This document shows, piece by piece, positions 22,004 through 34,796 of a stretch of DNA of 64,000 bases (positions within the stretch are counted from its first letter, which is position 1; each line of letters opens with the position of its first letter). The translations under genes and the position numbers were made by a program. The notes below the pieces were generated by a model. That model was not told the origin of the DNA. It did not search any database and was given only the letters and a program-made list of their open reading frames with translations. The stretch is from Amoebophrya sp. A120 (taxonomy: Eukaryota > Protista > Dinoflagellata). The stretch lies in NCBI GenBank assembly GCA_905178155.1, contig CAJINV010000001.1, forward strand, positions 12,135,832-12,199,831, in the 5' to 3' direction.

Positions 22004-23454
22004 ATGTCTTGGTCGATACGCGAAGACGAGGAGTCAAAGCGTGAGTTTTTCGATGACGAGGAAGCCCTGCTGGCAAAAATAAAGTACGTCGCTTCCCTGT
22101 TAAAAAATGCCAAGCACGCGATTGTTTTCACCGGAGCGGGGATCTCCACGTCCACCGGTATCTCGGACTTCCGGTCCGGCATGCAAACCAAATCGCCCGG
22201 CGGCCCAGGGTTTTGGGAGCGCCAGGCCGATTACGAGCGGAAAACGCGGGGCGCGCGGAACGAATTTACGAAGAACGACCCGCAGAGACCCAGAATCGAC
22301 CTCGACGCCATGCTCGGGAAGCAGCCAAGCTACACGCATTTTGCGATCGCGAAGCTGGTAGAACTGGGGATCGTGAAGTGCGTGCTGTCCCAGAATGTCG
22401 ACGGCCTGCACCGGAAAAGCGGTATCGTCAACGACCACGAGCTCGCAGAACTGCACGGCAATCTGCTTGTCGAGTTCTGTCCGAGGTGTTTCCACAAATA
22501 CGAGCGGAATTTTCGTGTGGGGCCAAACCCGGGCAGGGCGCACAAGACGGGGAGGTGGTGCGACAAGTGCGGGGATGTGGAACTGAAGGATAACTTAGTG
22601 CCCTTCGGCGAAGATTTACCGAAGCACGAGACTGACAAGGCCTGGCACCAGTCCGACGTCGCCGACTTCTGTTATGGGATTCTCAACTGTTACATGAATT
22701 TATCATGCAAGAACAGCAAAAGTGAACGCGGGAAGATTGCGCGCTTTGCATTACAAATTTGGAAAAGATTCAGGCGGTGTTTAGCCCTTCGAGAATTTGT
22801 CATGCGAAACACCTTGATCGTGTGGCGGCTTATGGTCATTTTGCATGACAAATCATGTAACAGTTGAGAATGTAACGTTTGAGAACCCCATATCTGTCTC
22901 GCTCTCGGCAGCAGCCTAACCGTCACGCCGGCCTGCGACTACGCCGGGTGGGTGGGACAGAAGAAGAACTACGCCGGCGAGAATCAAAATTCGCATCTAT
23001 CACAGTGAAAAATGCCCCCCACCCCTGAAATTGCAAGAATTTGTGATGCGAAGTTTCCAGATGAAAGCTTTTTGTCATGCATGAAAGGAGTACGAATCTT
23101 TCTGATGCAGATGCTAGTCGTGTTTCGCATCGCTTGCATGACAAGCACCGCTCTTGCTGGGATCTTTTGCAATACAAATTTTTGCTATTCACGATCGGAA
23201 ATCTGTGATGCTGATACACGCAAGAGGGCGGATGTTTCATTTGGAAAGATTTGCAATACAAATGCTTTCAAGTTCGGGGGTGGGGGCATTTTTCATTGTA
23301 ATAGCATCTGGTTATCGTGAACCTGCAGAACACGCCCTACAATCACCACGCCACGGAAGTGGTGCATGGCTATTGCGACCGCGTTATGGAACTCTTAATG
23401 AAAGAAATGAGTGTCCAGATCGGTAAGAGTGGGACCGAGGCACCAAAAGTCTAA
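22004..23454 (+). CDS. NAD-dependent deacetylase, sirtuin class IV (SIRT6/7-like)
   Basis: Motifs FTGAGISTSTGISDFR, SQNVDGLH, ELHGN, CxxC...CxxC, LALGSSLTVTPA and LVIVNLQNTP. The last two are reached only after removing both introners. The 3' end may be spliced at GT 23423. Confidence 0.9.
22673..22892. mobile_element. Introner family D (220 bp)
   Basis: TIR tatgggattctcaactgttacatga / tcatgtaacagttgagaa...gagaaccccata. TSD tctgt at 22668-22672 and 22893-22897. Removal gives ADFCLALGSSL. Confidence 0.93.
22998..23303. mobile_element. Introner family E (306 bp)
   Basis: TIR tatcacagtgaaaaatgccccccacccctgaa / ttcgggggtgggggcatttttcattgtaata. TSD gcatc at 22993-22997 and 23304-23308. Removal gives SHLVIVNLQ. 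Confidence 0.93.
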
Positions 23455-24443
23455 ACGTCTGCTGTCGGCGGGTCGTAGGTTCAGCTAAAACTCGAAAGTA
23501 CAAATGAGTGTGTGCCAATCGATGCAAACCTCAAAAGACGAATTTTGCCCGGGTGTTTATTCGTATCCTTTGTGCAGAATTCTAAGCGCCATTTTGATCG
23601 TTCTGTCGTCAGACACGCCAATTCCATTTCCATTGCTATCACAGTCGTTCCATATCCATACCACCGTTTCTAAGTAATTTATTCACACCAGTTAGTAGCT
23701 GCAGTACCTATACCTACTGCGCTACCTCGCGACTGGGCTAAAGCAATCTTTGTGCAGACGTATTGACGCGAACGCGATCGGACACAAAATAAAAAATCCA
23801 ACAAAAGCCATAAAGGTATGTACACTCACTTTGTCATTGATGTCTGTCTCACGTCACTTGTACTCTATGCGCCTAATTCGACGCAATTGATACGCTGAAA
23901 ATAGAAGATTAGTAGAAGTTGACAGCTCCTTCGGAGTATGAATATAAAAGGCGGAAAAAACTAGCGGTATTAACGAAACTCGCTTGTCCTGAAGTGCAAA
24001 GTGAAGGTGTTACTTCGTCCAGTTTGTGGCGCAGTGCGTTCTGTACTGATTGAATACTTTTCTAGTGTGGGGATCGACCACGGATCGAACAACTTTATAG
24101 CTGTCGAAGAACAGAAAAGGGAAGCGCTGAAATTCACAGCCCCGCAAAGCTAGTCGATCGCTCGTTCTCATTTGCTGTTGCTGTTGGACCGCTCGTTCGT
24201 GACCCTCGTGTCGTTGCGTAAGTTGGGGTCTGGGACAAGGGTAGTTTTGTAGCGCAAGAAGGTGCAACTGCAACTTCTCGACAAAGATACAACTTCTGAC
24301 ACTCAGATTGTTGTAGTAGCTGGAAAAGAATGTTGCCAGTAGATGATTTATGTAGAAGTTATAATAAAAGTTGAAGTCTATAATTAACGTTCCTGATATA
24401 TCTTTTGACAAGAGTTTGAGTTGACACGTCTCGAGCAAACAAA

Positions 24444-27314
24444 ATGGGCATCACTGGGTTCTACGACTTCCTCGAATCTCAGCCCGAAATGGCTCGAATG
24501 CGGCACCTGAAGGGCGGGGCCGACATCGAGGAAAATCTGGCGGGGAAGGTCGTTGGCATCGACGTCAGCATGTGGATTAACCGCGACTATCAGTCCACGC
24601 GCATGTGGACGAGTGGAACGGAAGAGCAGAAGAAGCAGTTTCCAATCTGGCAGATGTTTAATCGAGTGAAGAACTATTTGGTCCACGCAGGCGCGAAGTC
24701 TGTGGTCGGAGTGTTCGATGCTTCGAAGTCCACAGAGTCGAAGCTGGTGCGCGGCAACGTGACGAAAAACGGCCACCATCTACGGCGCAACTTGTTCGGC
24801 CTGAATAAGCAAGTGGAAACGGTGTTTACGCAGTTAGGACTGCAAGTGCTGCGCGCTCCGCCGGAAATCGGAGAAGCGGACGCGTTGCTCGGTATTCTGC
24901 AGAAGGAAGGGCTCGTCGACATTGTGGACAGTGATGACAGCGATGTGTTTGCGTACGGGGGAAGGCAATTGCTGAAAGATGCGAAACCCAGTGCCGCCCT
25001 GGGAGACGCTGGTAACGATTTGTGGACGGTAACTGACCCAAGCCTCCGCTGGGAGATCGCTTGTTGTGCCGTACTCGCCGGGAGCGATATGAGCCACGGG
25101 GTGAAAGGAATTGGTTTGAAGACCGCCTGCAAGGACCTGCGGAATTTCTTGAGGGGCGCCGCCGCAACTTATGAGTTCTGCAAACAATTTCTTCAGCACT
25201 ACCCCGCCATTCCCGACAACGTTCGCGCCAACTTTATTGAAGCGTTCGAAGATTACGCGATCGAAAGAAAACCACAGTTGCAGCAGTACCTGCAGACCCA
25301 GAAGGAGAAGCAGCAGCGTTCCCAGCACCTGTCGACCTGGGGCAGGGTTGAAGTGGACCGCTTGCGGAGGCTGCTGGATGACCGGAAGGACAAACAGTTC
25401 GACAAAAACATCCGCGCGATCGTCTTCGAGCGCTACCTTCGCGGCCTGACGATCCCAGCAGCGGCACCCCTGCCGTTCTACAAAATTCAAAGAATCCGCG
25501 AGAAGAAAAAGAACGGGGAGTGCTACCAAATGCTGGCTGTGCTCGATTTCGACTGCAAGACGCACTACAATTGCCAGGCGAAAACGTGTCAGTGCCGGGA
25601 GGTGCTGCTGCGAAAATCGCTGTTTGACTCCGCTGACTCAGCCCGGCGGACCGATTTAACTGAAAACAAAGTGGGCGCCGCGTACTACGATCGCGCTTTT
25701 GGCGGAATCGGATACCATATGGGCGGCGGCGGGGGCGGCGGTAGCAGCAGTTCGAGCAGCGCAGCAGTAGGGGCACAGACTAGCAGCGGCGCGCATGGTG
25801 CCGGTTCCTCATCTTCCGCTTTTTCTGCAGCGGTGGCAGCAGATCGAGAACCTGCCAGTTCCGGCGTTGGTGAAGCCGCGGCACCGGGGGACGAGCAAAG
25901 CACCTATTTCACCGGAAAACCAAAGTTCATACAAGATGACGACTTCCCGCTGCAGGGCGCGGTCGTTAAATTCACCTGCAAGTCCGAACCACGCAGGATT
26001 CTGGAGGAACACAAGGACTACAGCAAATACGGCTGCACCATCCCCGCCGGACCGCCCAACGCGTCGACGACATACTTGGTATGCGGTGAGGCGCCGCTCG
26101 ATGATGGGCCGTTTGCCGGGAAGGATTACACGTTCGGCACGAAGTACCGCGACGCACAGGAGCTGCGACAAAAACCCGGCTGCAAGTGGATGCTGACGCG
26201 CGCGGGGCAACGAATTGCGCTGCCCGTGCCGATCCGAGAGCGAGAATTCTTGCTTCTTATGGAGCGGCAGAAGCGGAACGCGACGCGGGGAGCGGTCGGA
26301 GAGTTCAAGCGGAGCGCCGAGCAGGAGCAGGCACCATGGGAGGAAGAGAAGGCCGCGCTGTTGAAGCCGGCAAGAAAGGCCAAGGCGCGGAACTCGGGAC
26401 AGTCCGGTCGACGGCCCGGCGCCGGGAAAAGAGCAATGGCGCAGCCGGCGGAAGTAGAGAGCGCTTTTGGTTCTTTCGCCGACGAAGGCCCAGAGGACAG
26501 TGGCGGGTTTGCAGCCGAATTTCTGCAACGGGACAATGAAATCGAGCAAGAGCCAAGCCCGAAGCGACACAAGATCAGCAGTCCGCCTAAACAAGATGCC
26601 TCGTCTTCCGCGACGAACTCCCTGCTTGATCGCCTTCGGAGGGCGCGAGACGAAGCCGCACGCAGAAGTGTACCAGCCGGAACTAGTACAGTACACCCCG
26701 GCACCGCAGGCGCAGCGCAAGCGGAGATAAAGCCACCGCGTTCCGCCCTCGATTCGCTTTTCAGTATCGACAGAGTCGATGTTCCATCTTCCGGAGAAAG
26801 GAACGGTGTACCCTTCACCGCCGCGTCGTCGAGTAAATCCGGTCCTGCTGCTGCTTCCTCTGCACCACCGAGGTCTTCTGTAATCGAAGCCACAAGAACT
26901 ACTGTCGGAGGCAAACTTCACTGCCAGTACGCACACGAAGTAGAGCAGCTTGCCGAAATGGGATTTAAGGACACCCAAAAGAGCGCAGCCGTCTTGGCCG
27001 AGGTAGCCGGGGATCTGGACAAGGCTATCGACATACTGTCGGCGGCGTCACCGGCATCTTCAAGTGCGGATCCCGTCGGTAATGGCGGTGTGTCACCGCC
27101 ATTGCTGGCTATGGTTCGTCCCCCGCCAGCACCCGCTGCGGTCGCCCCGAGAGCACCAGCAAGAATAGAAAGCCTCGAAAGTAGTACGAAGTACCGCGAC
27201 CAGCTCCAGCAGCTCGAGAGCATGGGTTTTGCGGATCGGGAGAGGAGCACTGCCGCCCTGGACAGGTGTAATGGAGACGTGACTGCGGCGATTGGCCTCC
27301 TGCTCGGGTCATAA
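24444..27314 (+). CDS. GEN1: XPG/Rad2-family (GEN1-like) nuclease with a BRCT-like domain and two UBA domains
   Basis: XPG-N/I motifs MGITGF, GIDVSMW, VFD, GEADA, DSDVFAYGG, GSD..GVKGIG. RFC1-type BRCT-like segment PLQGAVVKFT...TTYLVCGE...GTKYRDAQEL. Two UBA motifs, QLAEMGF and QLESMGF. The GEN1 symbol is tentative. Confidence 0.8.
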   Translation: MGITGFYDFLESQPEMARMRHLKGGADIEENLAGKVVGIDVSMWINRDYQSTRMWTSGTEEQKKQFPIWQMFNRVKNYLVHAGAKSVVGVFDASKSTESKLVRGNVTKNGHHLRRNLFGLNKQVETVFTQLGLQVLRAPPEIGEADALLGILQKEGLVDIVDSDDSDVFAYGGRQLLKDAKPSAALGDAGNDLWTVTDPSLRWEIACCAVLAGSDMSHGVKGIGLKTACKDLRNFLRGAAATYEFCKQFLQHYPAIPDNVRANFIEAFEDYAIERKPQLQQYLQTQKEKQQRSQHLSTWGRVEVDRLRRLLDDRKDKQFDKNIRAIVFERYLRGLTIPAAAPLPFYKIQRIREKKKNGECYQMLAVLDFDCKTHYNCQAKTCQCREVLLRKSLFDSADSARRTDLTENKVGAAYYDRAFGGIGYHMGGGGGGGSSSSSSAAVGAQTSSGAHGAGSSSSAFSAAVAADREPASSGVGEAAAPGDEQSTYFTGKPKFIQDDDFPLQGAVVKFTCKSEPRRILEEHKDYSKYGCTIPAGPPNASTTYLVCGEAPLDDGPFAGKDYTFGTKYRDAQELRQKPGCKWMLTRAGQRIALPVPIREREFLLLMERQKRNATRGAVGEFKRSAEQEQAPWEEEKAALLKPARKAKARNSGQSGRRPGAGKRAMAQPAEVESAFGSFADEGPEDSGGFAAEFLQRDNEIEQEPSPKRHKISSPPKQDASSSATNSLLDRLRRARDEAARRSVPAGTSTVHPGTAGAAQAEIKPPRSALDSLFSIDRVDVPSSGERNGVPFTAASSSKSGPAAASSAPPRSSVIEATRTTVGGKLHCQYAHEVEQLAEMGFKDTQKSAAVLAEVAGDLDKAIDILSAASPASSSADPVGNGGVSPPLLAMVRPPPAPAAVAPRAPARIESLESSTKYRDQLQQLESMGFADRERSTAALDRCNGDVTAAIGLLLGS

Positions 27315-28201
27315 CCGTAAAAACGGGGGTACTAGATCATGAGCCTAGTGTGTGCTGTCCGCGCCCTACGATGCTGTTGAGTTCGAGACTAGTAAATTCC
27401 TCCTTCTCGCTTGGCAGATTGATATGTGATGTAGTATGTACAGTGTCCTAGCCATTCCCAATGGTATTCCATCATTTGAATGCTGAAATAAAGAAGAAAT
27501 AGAAAACGTGACAACAAGAGTTGTAGGATGGCAGATTTGTTTATACTCGATGCTGGAGCGTGTATCGTCCTTGAGTAGGAGAAAAAGCCTTCCTCTGAAC
27601 CAACTGGAAACGTAGTACAGTAAGTGCAACCTGAATATCAATGGCGCAGCTGGTCTTCTGAGTAGATATAGATTCGGAAAAGTTTCGCAGAAGCTGACCG
27701 GGGGGAGCGCTCTACTGCTACTACCAACCTAGTAGCGTGTTTCTTCCAGTCTCTCGAAGAGCGAGCCAGCTGCTCCTGCTCTATGTACTACGTTAGTTAT
27801 TCCGTGCGATTGCAGCTAGTGCTACCTCGACTAGGAGTACGACACGAGTGTCCCGCCCGCTATGAAGACTAGCTGAGTGGTCGTGCATCTACTCGATAAA
27901 AAAACGAGTGTCGTGAGCGGATCATGAGCGCGAGGGTACTAGCTTGGAGTGTCAGAACTGGTATGTCTTCAAAAGACGCCAGGAGTAACGAGACCGTCAG
28001 AACATATTATTGTTGCTTGCTGTAGAAGTTCTTGCAATGCATACTCATTTCTTTTCAGTTGGAAACCTGCAATATTGTACTAGGTGGAGCTATTCGAGAA
28101 CTAGTTCAGAAGCAAGTAGAATCGCGACGGTACGTTACTAGACAAAAAGTGCAGAAAAGGCAACCGTCAGACCCGAACTCTCGTCGGCGCAATCAAAAAA
28201 G

Positions 28202-29336
28202 ATGCTGGATGGCATTGGTGCAAATTCCGTGCCCCCGCTGTGCAGCAAGCAGTCTCACCCGCTGGCGGCCTACAACCAGCGCACCCATTTTCAGATCGGT
28301 GTCGAGGATGACAAAGGCGCTCGGGAGCAGGGTGCCATGCACCGGACGTTTACCGACCCAAAAGTGGTGTACTGCCGCTACATTCCACATATGCATTGCA
28401 AAAGTATCTTCGCACTGGTATAGATAAACTGCACCAGCATGCCAAATGATAATTTTCCCACGGAGAAAAATCGAATTCGTCATGCAGATCTGTATCTGTC
28501 ATGCTCATGCCGCGCTGCAATCAGTACGAGTGCCATACTTTTACAGAGGATACCACCCGACAAAAACGCCAGCATCGTCGGGATGACGCAGGGCGAGAAC
28601 GCTGACTGGGTGTCGGAGCAGCACGCGAGGTTTCTCAACAACGGGCCGCAGAAACGACGGGACGCGTTCGAAGGTGCAGATTCGGTCGTGCACTTTGGGG
28701 ACGATCCCAGGGAGGTACTTATCTTCAACTCAAAGTTGCTAGTATGGGACTGACTGAGCGGCAGTCTTTCGTCTATCCATGATTTTGATTATGACTTTAT
28801 TTTTAGCACCAGAAGTCCTCGTTATTCGCGGATCCAATTTGGTATCAGCAATATGAATATTATCGATAGAGGAAACAAGGAAAATCCTGCGATGCGCAAT
28901 GAATTGCATCACCTTCGACTCGCGAACCTAAGAGTGAAGAAAGATGCAAATTCACTTAACCACTATAATGGAAGGATCTGACAAATAGGTGGAATCCCAG
29001 TACACGTTTACCCACAAGCCGGGGCAGAACGCGAAAGAGATGCCACCCAACACGCACAAGTGGCCGGAATGGCCCAAGAGCAATGTGCTCACCGGCGCGA
29101 TACGGACCGACTTGGAGCCCCGGTTTCGTAAGGACCAAAACCTGAAATCGCAAAATTTCAGCCACATCAACGAAGACAACACGAACATACGTAACCCAAC
29201 CACCGGCGTGTACCACGCCCGCCCGGTGCACAACGGCCCCACGTCCCACGAGTACGTGCAACGGGAAAACAAAACCGTGCATCCATTGATCAGCAGTGGG
29301 GCCATTCGCCAGCGAACCAGTATGGATCGGCGCTGA
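28202..29336 (+). CDS. Hypothetical protein
   Basis: Exons 28202-28389, 28558-28714 and 28989-29336 join in frame after removal of one introner and GT-AG intron 28715-28988. Confidence 0.7.
28390..28552. mobile_element. Introner family B (163 bp)
   Basis: TIR tatgcattgcaaaagtat / atacttttacagaggata. TSD ccaca (28385-28389) / ccacc (28553-28557). Removing 168 nt keeps the frame. Confidence 0.87.
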
Positions 29337-29953
29337 GCTGCTTTATTGCAGAGCGATCGAATTACAACGATGAACTGAAAGGTTGATCTTGATGTAATAC
29401 TAGTAATCGACGAATATGAAGAAAATGAATGCACCGTAGCTTTGCTCTTGAAGGAAGCTAGTTTGGATGACATCAAACGCACAACTGAACTTTTCGAGTT
29501 CAAGAAGCTTGGATGATTATTGTATTCTGGCACTGGTGCTGCTGTGCTGCACTCAGTATCTATTTTGGGGATTGATTTGTTATTGTTTCTCAAGTATACA
29601 CTTTTCTGGTTTCGAGGATGAGGATCTTCAGCGATATTTTGCGGTGAGAATGATAGTTGCTGCGAAGGATCAAAACCTGCACGTTCACATGCCGATGTTC
29701 ATTCACTTTCTTTGGGCATTTGGTCGCCCAGTTGTGTTTTCTTGAATTCGAGGAGGACTTGGTTTTGCCTGTTTGCTGGTCCCTACAGATTTTGATGTTT
29801 CAGTTTTTCCTCTCGTCACTATTAGCGGCGCTGTGCCACGAGGCATTGATCGGCATGTTTTTGTTTGTGATGGCAAGCAGATAGTTCCTTTTCTTCACGA
29901 TCCATAGACTTATTTCGTCTCAATAAACTCTAAGTCTCGGTTGCAGAATCAGG

Positions 29954-32900
29954 ATGAGGAAGCGTTCCCGCCTACCGCCGGCCTACGTCGGTCGTTCTTG
30001 TGGCAAACATGTTAAAAACACAGCATGCTTGGTCGTTGGTATGTTGTCGGCGCCGCGGAACACCTGCCTCGCAGACGAGACAGCACCCAAGCTGCAGCAA
30101 TTTTCTCAAATCGAGTGGCCGGACGAGTACAAGTCTCTGGACGATTTCCCACGGCTCTCCCGCATTACTAGCGTTTCCGAGCTTTTGCTGACAAATTTTG
30201 TGGAAAAACGGCTAGAGCAACGTGCGCAACGGAAGCGAACGATTGGAACTCAAAGCGATGATGAAGAACAAAAACCGGAAACGCAAGGGTCAGTGGAGAT
30301 ATCAAAACCAAGTAGAACATCGGAGGGACCAACATATCCGTTCCGACTGCCAGCTAGCCAGCGCGCTCACGCAGAGGTCCTACCTGCAGCAGAACAAAAG
30401 CAGATCAGTCGCTACGAGAATTATACCGAGCGGGTTATCAAGAATGGCAGCGACATCACCATCGAGGATATGATGCAGTGGCCGGAGATTCTGAAGGGCA
30501 ACGTGGACTTGCTACACACGAACTATTCGGCGTGGGTAATTTGGACCGCCCTTCTACGGGACGAGCTGAAAAATCGCTGGCTTAACGAGTCCGCGTCGAT
30601 TCTGCGCACCGGCGGAGTTGTCACGGTGGATAGGAATGTCACGAAAAAGTGGTTCGGTGCAGTTGCCCCCGCAGCAGCAACAGCATCGGCTCGTCTTCAG
30701 GTTCAAGGGGGAGCGCCAAGTTATTCATCATCTACGGTGCCGACAAGGGGAAGAACATCAGGAATGTCGGAGTCACCGGACCTGAATGACGCGCCTACTC
30801 ATTTCAGCTTGGTACGCTCCTTTGCGAAGGCATGGGAGAACCTCCTCGCCGCCTCGTCGGCCTACTTTCTGTACATGAACGGAGAAGTGGAGCAGATTAG
30901 CCTGACCGGAGATTTCAGCATTTTCGCGTGGCTGCATGACAACTTTGCGAGCTCCTACCACTTGCCCACCATCGAGGCCTGGGAGACGAGTAAGGTTTTT
31001 ACTTTTTACTCGCTGTTGCTTTTTTTTCCATTGCGATAATTTCCTTCCTCTCCAGAAATTATTATGTGCTGGTTGTGGTGCTGCTGTCATGCGACATACA
31101 AAGGCCCAGCGATAGCGAATACTAGATCGATGTACCCGCAGCTACACTGCCCCCTGCTTGACCCACTGAAAAAAACCCCTTCATCTCCACACACCAGACC
31201 GCAACGCTGCAGTTCTCGGCTTACAGCTTTCGCTACTTTGGGTACACGAGTCGGTGGCATCAATGGGCGGTCGCGCGTCCCGACTTCGCGGAGTGGGAAC
31301 TTGACGCGCTGGAGCAGGGCAAAATGTTGTCCCAAGCGGAACGGGAGTCCGCAGAGCTGGTGGACGTCGAATTGACGTCACCCGTGGAAGAAGTTCTTGT
31401 ACCACCTGGCAACCAAAGCCCGTCGCGTTTCCCCCCTGGTGAAGCTGCTCCACACGACCAGGAGGGTAGTTCTCGTGCGAACCCAGCAAGAAATAGCAGG
31501 TTCCTCCGGTACAAGAGCGACCGGGAATTTGGGAAGTTTCGTTACCTCCTGAACGAGGCTACTGTGCTGGAAAACCTGGACGAGAGCTACGCCGCTCGCG
31601 TTGGAAACCGCCTCTGGGAAGAGTATGGCAACCGGGCGGGGAGGAGCCGCAGTCAGGGAGCCAACGACCGCATGATCGAAATTTTGCTGGATTTGTTCGG
31701 CCGTGGTACAACAATGTCGCAAGGGGGAACGCAACATGGTGCGCCCAGCAGAGAGCTGCACATCGACCACGACCACCTTCCGAGAGAAAAGCAAAAGATC
31801 AGCTATGTGGAGTTTGGGTTCGAGACCGGGTCGCTCGAAGACAGCAAGCAGGCGAACACGCTGCGGCTGTGGGCGAAGCGGAAGAAAGGACTGCTGCTGG
31901 ATGCGAGGAGCGAGAACAAGACGATCAATCTGCACCAGCACTACATTGACAGCAAGAACATCGCGAGGATTTTTGAGCAGCACGGGGTGCCGCTGGAGTT
32001 TGATTTCCTATCCATCGACGTAGATTCCTACGACCTCTTTCTCCTCGAGGCAATTTTGAAAGCGGGCTTTCGCCCGACAGTGATATCAACCGAGTACAAC
32101 CCCAACTACCCGGTCGATTTGTCGATCGCGCACGTGGATCCAGCGTTGATTGTTACTCCAGGGCAGAAAGAAGATCGTGCCAAGAGTACTGGAAAAAGTG
32201 GCACTGAAGCAGGCGCGTCCGAAGCGGATGATGAAAAAGCGAACACTCCACCAAACGGTCCCGCAGGAGAAGTCGCAGCTCTACATGCAGAAGGCCGGCA
32301 GAGCGTTCCGCTGCCCAAAATTTCTCCGATCCACCTGGTCGCGACGGAGCGTCTTCGCAGGTTGAACGGGCTCGCTCCAATTGACGACTTGGACGACGGC
32401 AAGCGGTTTCGCTTCGGCGACTGTAGTTTGGGCAGCAGCGCCTCCGCGCTTCGTGTGGTTGCGGAAAGATTTGGCTACGTGCTAGTCGGGATCATTCGCC
32501 ACTTGGACTTGTTCTGGCTGCGCAAGGACGTGCTGGACCGTGTGAGATCCGCCGCTTGCGGAGTAGAGCAGCGTCTTGAGTTTTCGCAAGAATCACACAA
32601 TAAGGACATCAGCAAAACAACTTCTGACACGGGTGGCCGCGAGGGGTCCACCTCCGTCGTTTCGGCACTGCATGCTGAAACAATCCAGATACGACAGCGA
32701 GTCTGCGACTCGTACTTCCGAGTTCCGCCGTTCGAATACTTTTTTGTCGACCTCTACGCGACGCAGCAAGAATACCAGCTTCTCCACGCCTGGCCAGCTT
32801 ACCACCTAGCACTATCGCCCCTGCGGCGGGAGCTAGTGGACTTAAGGACGTTCGAGGCCACAGGCAACGCGACAACGGCACACGCCGTCGCGAAAAACAA

Positions 32901-32955
32901 GTTGCGAATGAGAGATCAAATCCTGTGTTTCAAAGACGTGTATCCGGCACTCTGA
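29954..32955 (+). CDS. Protein with an FkbM/Methyltransf_21-like SAM-methyltransferase domain
   Basis: Exons 29954-30994 and 31198-32955 (GT-AG, phase 0). Motifs YVEFG and NIARIFEQHGVPLEFDFLSIDVDSYDLFLLEAIL...RPTVISTEYN. Confidence 0.7.
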
Positions 32956-33382
32956 GGCGTGAACCAATGCGTGTGCTCTGTTAGTCTGTAATTCTGCTAG
33001 CACATAAGTATTTGGATTTGCGCATGATGATTTCTCCGAGATGAAACTCGAACTCTTTTTGGCGCACTTTCACTTTCATGATGTTCTGTGTTTTCTTTCC
33101 CATCCCGTCGTTCTCCGCCTACTGTCGTTGCGATTAGATTCGATGAGTGTGATGTCGCGGGTTGGAGAGAGGAAGTTGCAAAATAGGCCAAGAAAAGATA
33201 GACAAATTGACGCGCGAATCGGAGTAACATCGTTGAGCGACAGAGAGACAACCAAAAGATGCACCTTCTTTTAACGTTTGATTTTGAAGAAAAGGTACTA
33301 ATATGGATTTAATTTGATTTTTGCGAAGAAAGATTTGACGTGTACGTCGCTGTAGTTGCATCGTGACACCCATTGGGCAAAA

Positions 33383-34796
33383 ATGGGACCCTTATCGCAC
33401 CACCTGTACGGCATTGCAACCAGTTTCCTCAACGAGACGCCCGCTGATGATGTGGCGCCGGCAGATGCAGCGGAGGCCGCAGGTACTGAACAAGGAGTGT
33501 TGATGAAAATTTGATGTCATGGTATGCTTGGAAATGCTACTTTGATCGGTGCCTTTAGATGCCGCGACAACGAAAGGGTTTTTTCACAGCATCCAAGATT
33601 AGATTTGCATGAAATGTGGTCGCGTCTTCTACACGAAATATCCGATGGGACACATGCACATCTCTCGCACGACAGATCCTTCCGCCGTCGCAGACCAGGG
33701 CGAAGACGCGGGCGTGAATCAGGGCTTCGAAGGCATCGTTCCGGCCCAGGTGGCAAAGCTGAAGGCGGATATGCAGGGAGAAGTCAACATTCCGCAAAAA
33801 ATGGAAGAACTCTTTGGCAAAGCTCCTGTAGTCGACAAGGGAAAGTTGGATTTGAATGTAAGTAAGTACATTCATTATCGCTTTGCTTGCGACTCCCCCC
33901 GATTCCATCACAAGTTCTTGCTGTAATCGAGCGCCTCTTGTGGGCAAGACTCGCGCCTCTTTGGGGCGACGCGAGTATTTCGAAAATTAAACATACGAAA
34001 ACTCCAGGGCATGTCGTCTCTGCGTCTGGCCGCTTTTGAGGGGGAAAACGCGGACGCCGCGCGCACCTGGGCAGCAAACCTGGCGGAGCTGAAGAAGCAG
34101 TGCTTCGTCGACAGTGGCGTGGAACCCTGCAAGGTGCTCGCAACCGAGAGCATGTTCATGGCGGCCAAGTACTACCAAATGTGGGACGAATCGATGAGCA
34201 TGTGGGATTCGCAAGGTGAGTAGAATTACGCCCTGCTGCCTGAGTCTTGCTTTTTATTCTCTGAAAGTATGACTCTACGTCGTGGCGAGGAACGTAGATT
34301 TGGCAGAAGAATCAAGTCAAAACCTAAATTTTCTAAATGTCAGGTAATGTCGATGCGGACGGCATCGGAGGGAATGTCGATATGGAAGGCCTGGGAGGTG
34401 AGGAGCACGCCCATGACAACTTGGGTGGGGCGGAAGATGCGGATGCCGCCGCTGCGGGAGTATTTTTGGTTAATATGATTATGTGTTTTTTCCCTGCATG
34501 AACATGTGAAGAGGTAGTGCTAGTATTGTCGCAAGGACGCGCCGCGTCGGGGAGACTAATACTTCTAATGTCGGTCGGACATATTCCTCATAAGGAAAAG
34601 CACGCCGGTGTACCACACTCAGGTGTCAGCCGGCGATGCCGGCGCGGAGCAAGCCCCAGCGATCGACTCGGAGGCACTGCAAGTTGCGCAGGCGAGTATG
34701 GGTGCGGGCTTGGCAGTCGGCGCATCGCTGTTCATGACGTTCCTTGACAACAACAAATCTGATACGCAATCAAAGAATCACGCCACATTGCTTTGA
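33383..34796 (+). CDS. Acidic hypothetical protein with a hydrophobic C-terminal segment
   Basis: Exons 33383-33482, 33676-33857, 34008-34215, 34344-34459 and 34623-34796. All four GT-AG junctions are frame-compatible. Confidence 0.65.

Noticed and set aside
25809-26978. Long minus-strand ORFs (also 39097-39783, 48112-48987, 61837-62640)
   Set aside because: They are antisense shadows of GC-rich or low-complexity + strand genes and carry no recognisable motifs.
34461-34592. Possible additional TAT...ATA introner in the 33.4-kb gene
   Set aside because: No convincing TIR, and removing it plus 5 nt gives the wrong frame. The GT-AG intron 34460-34622 fits.
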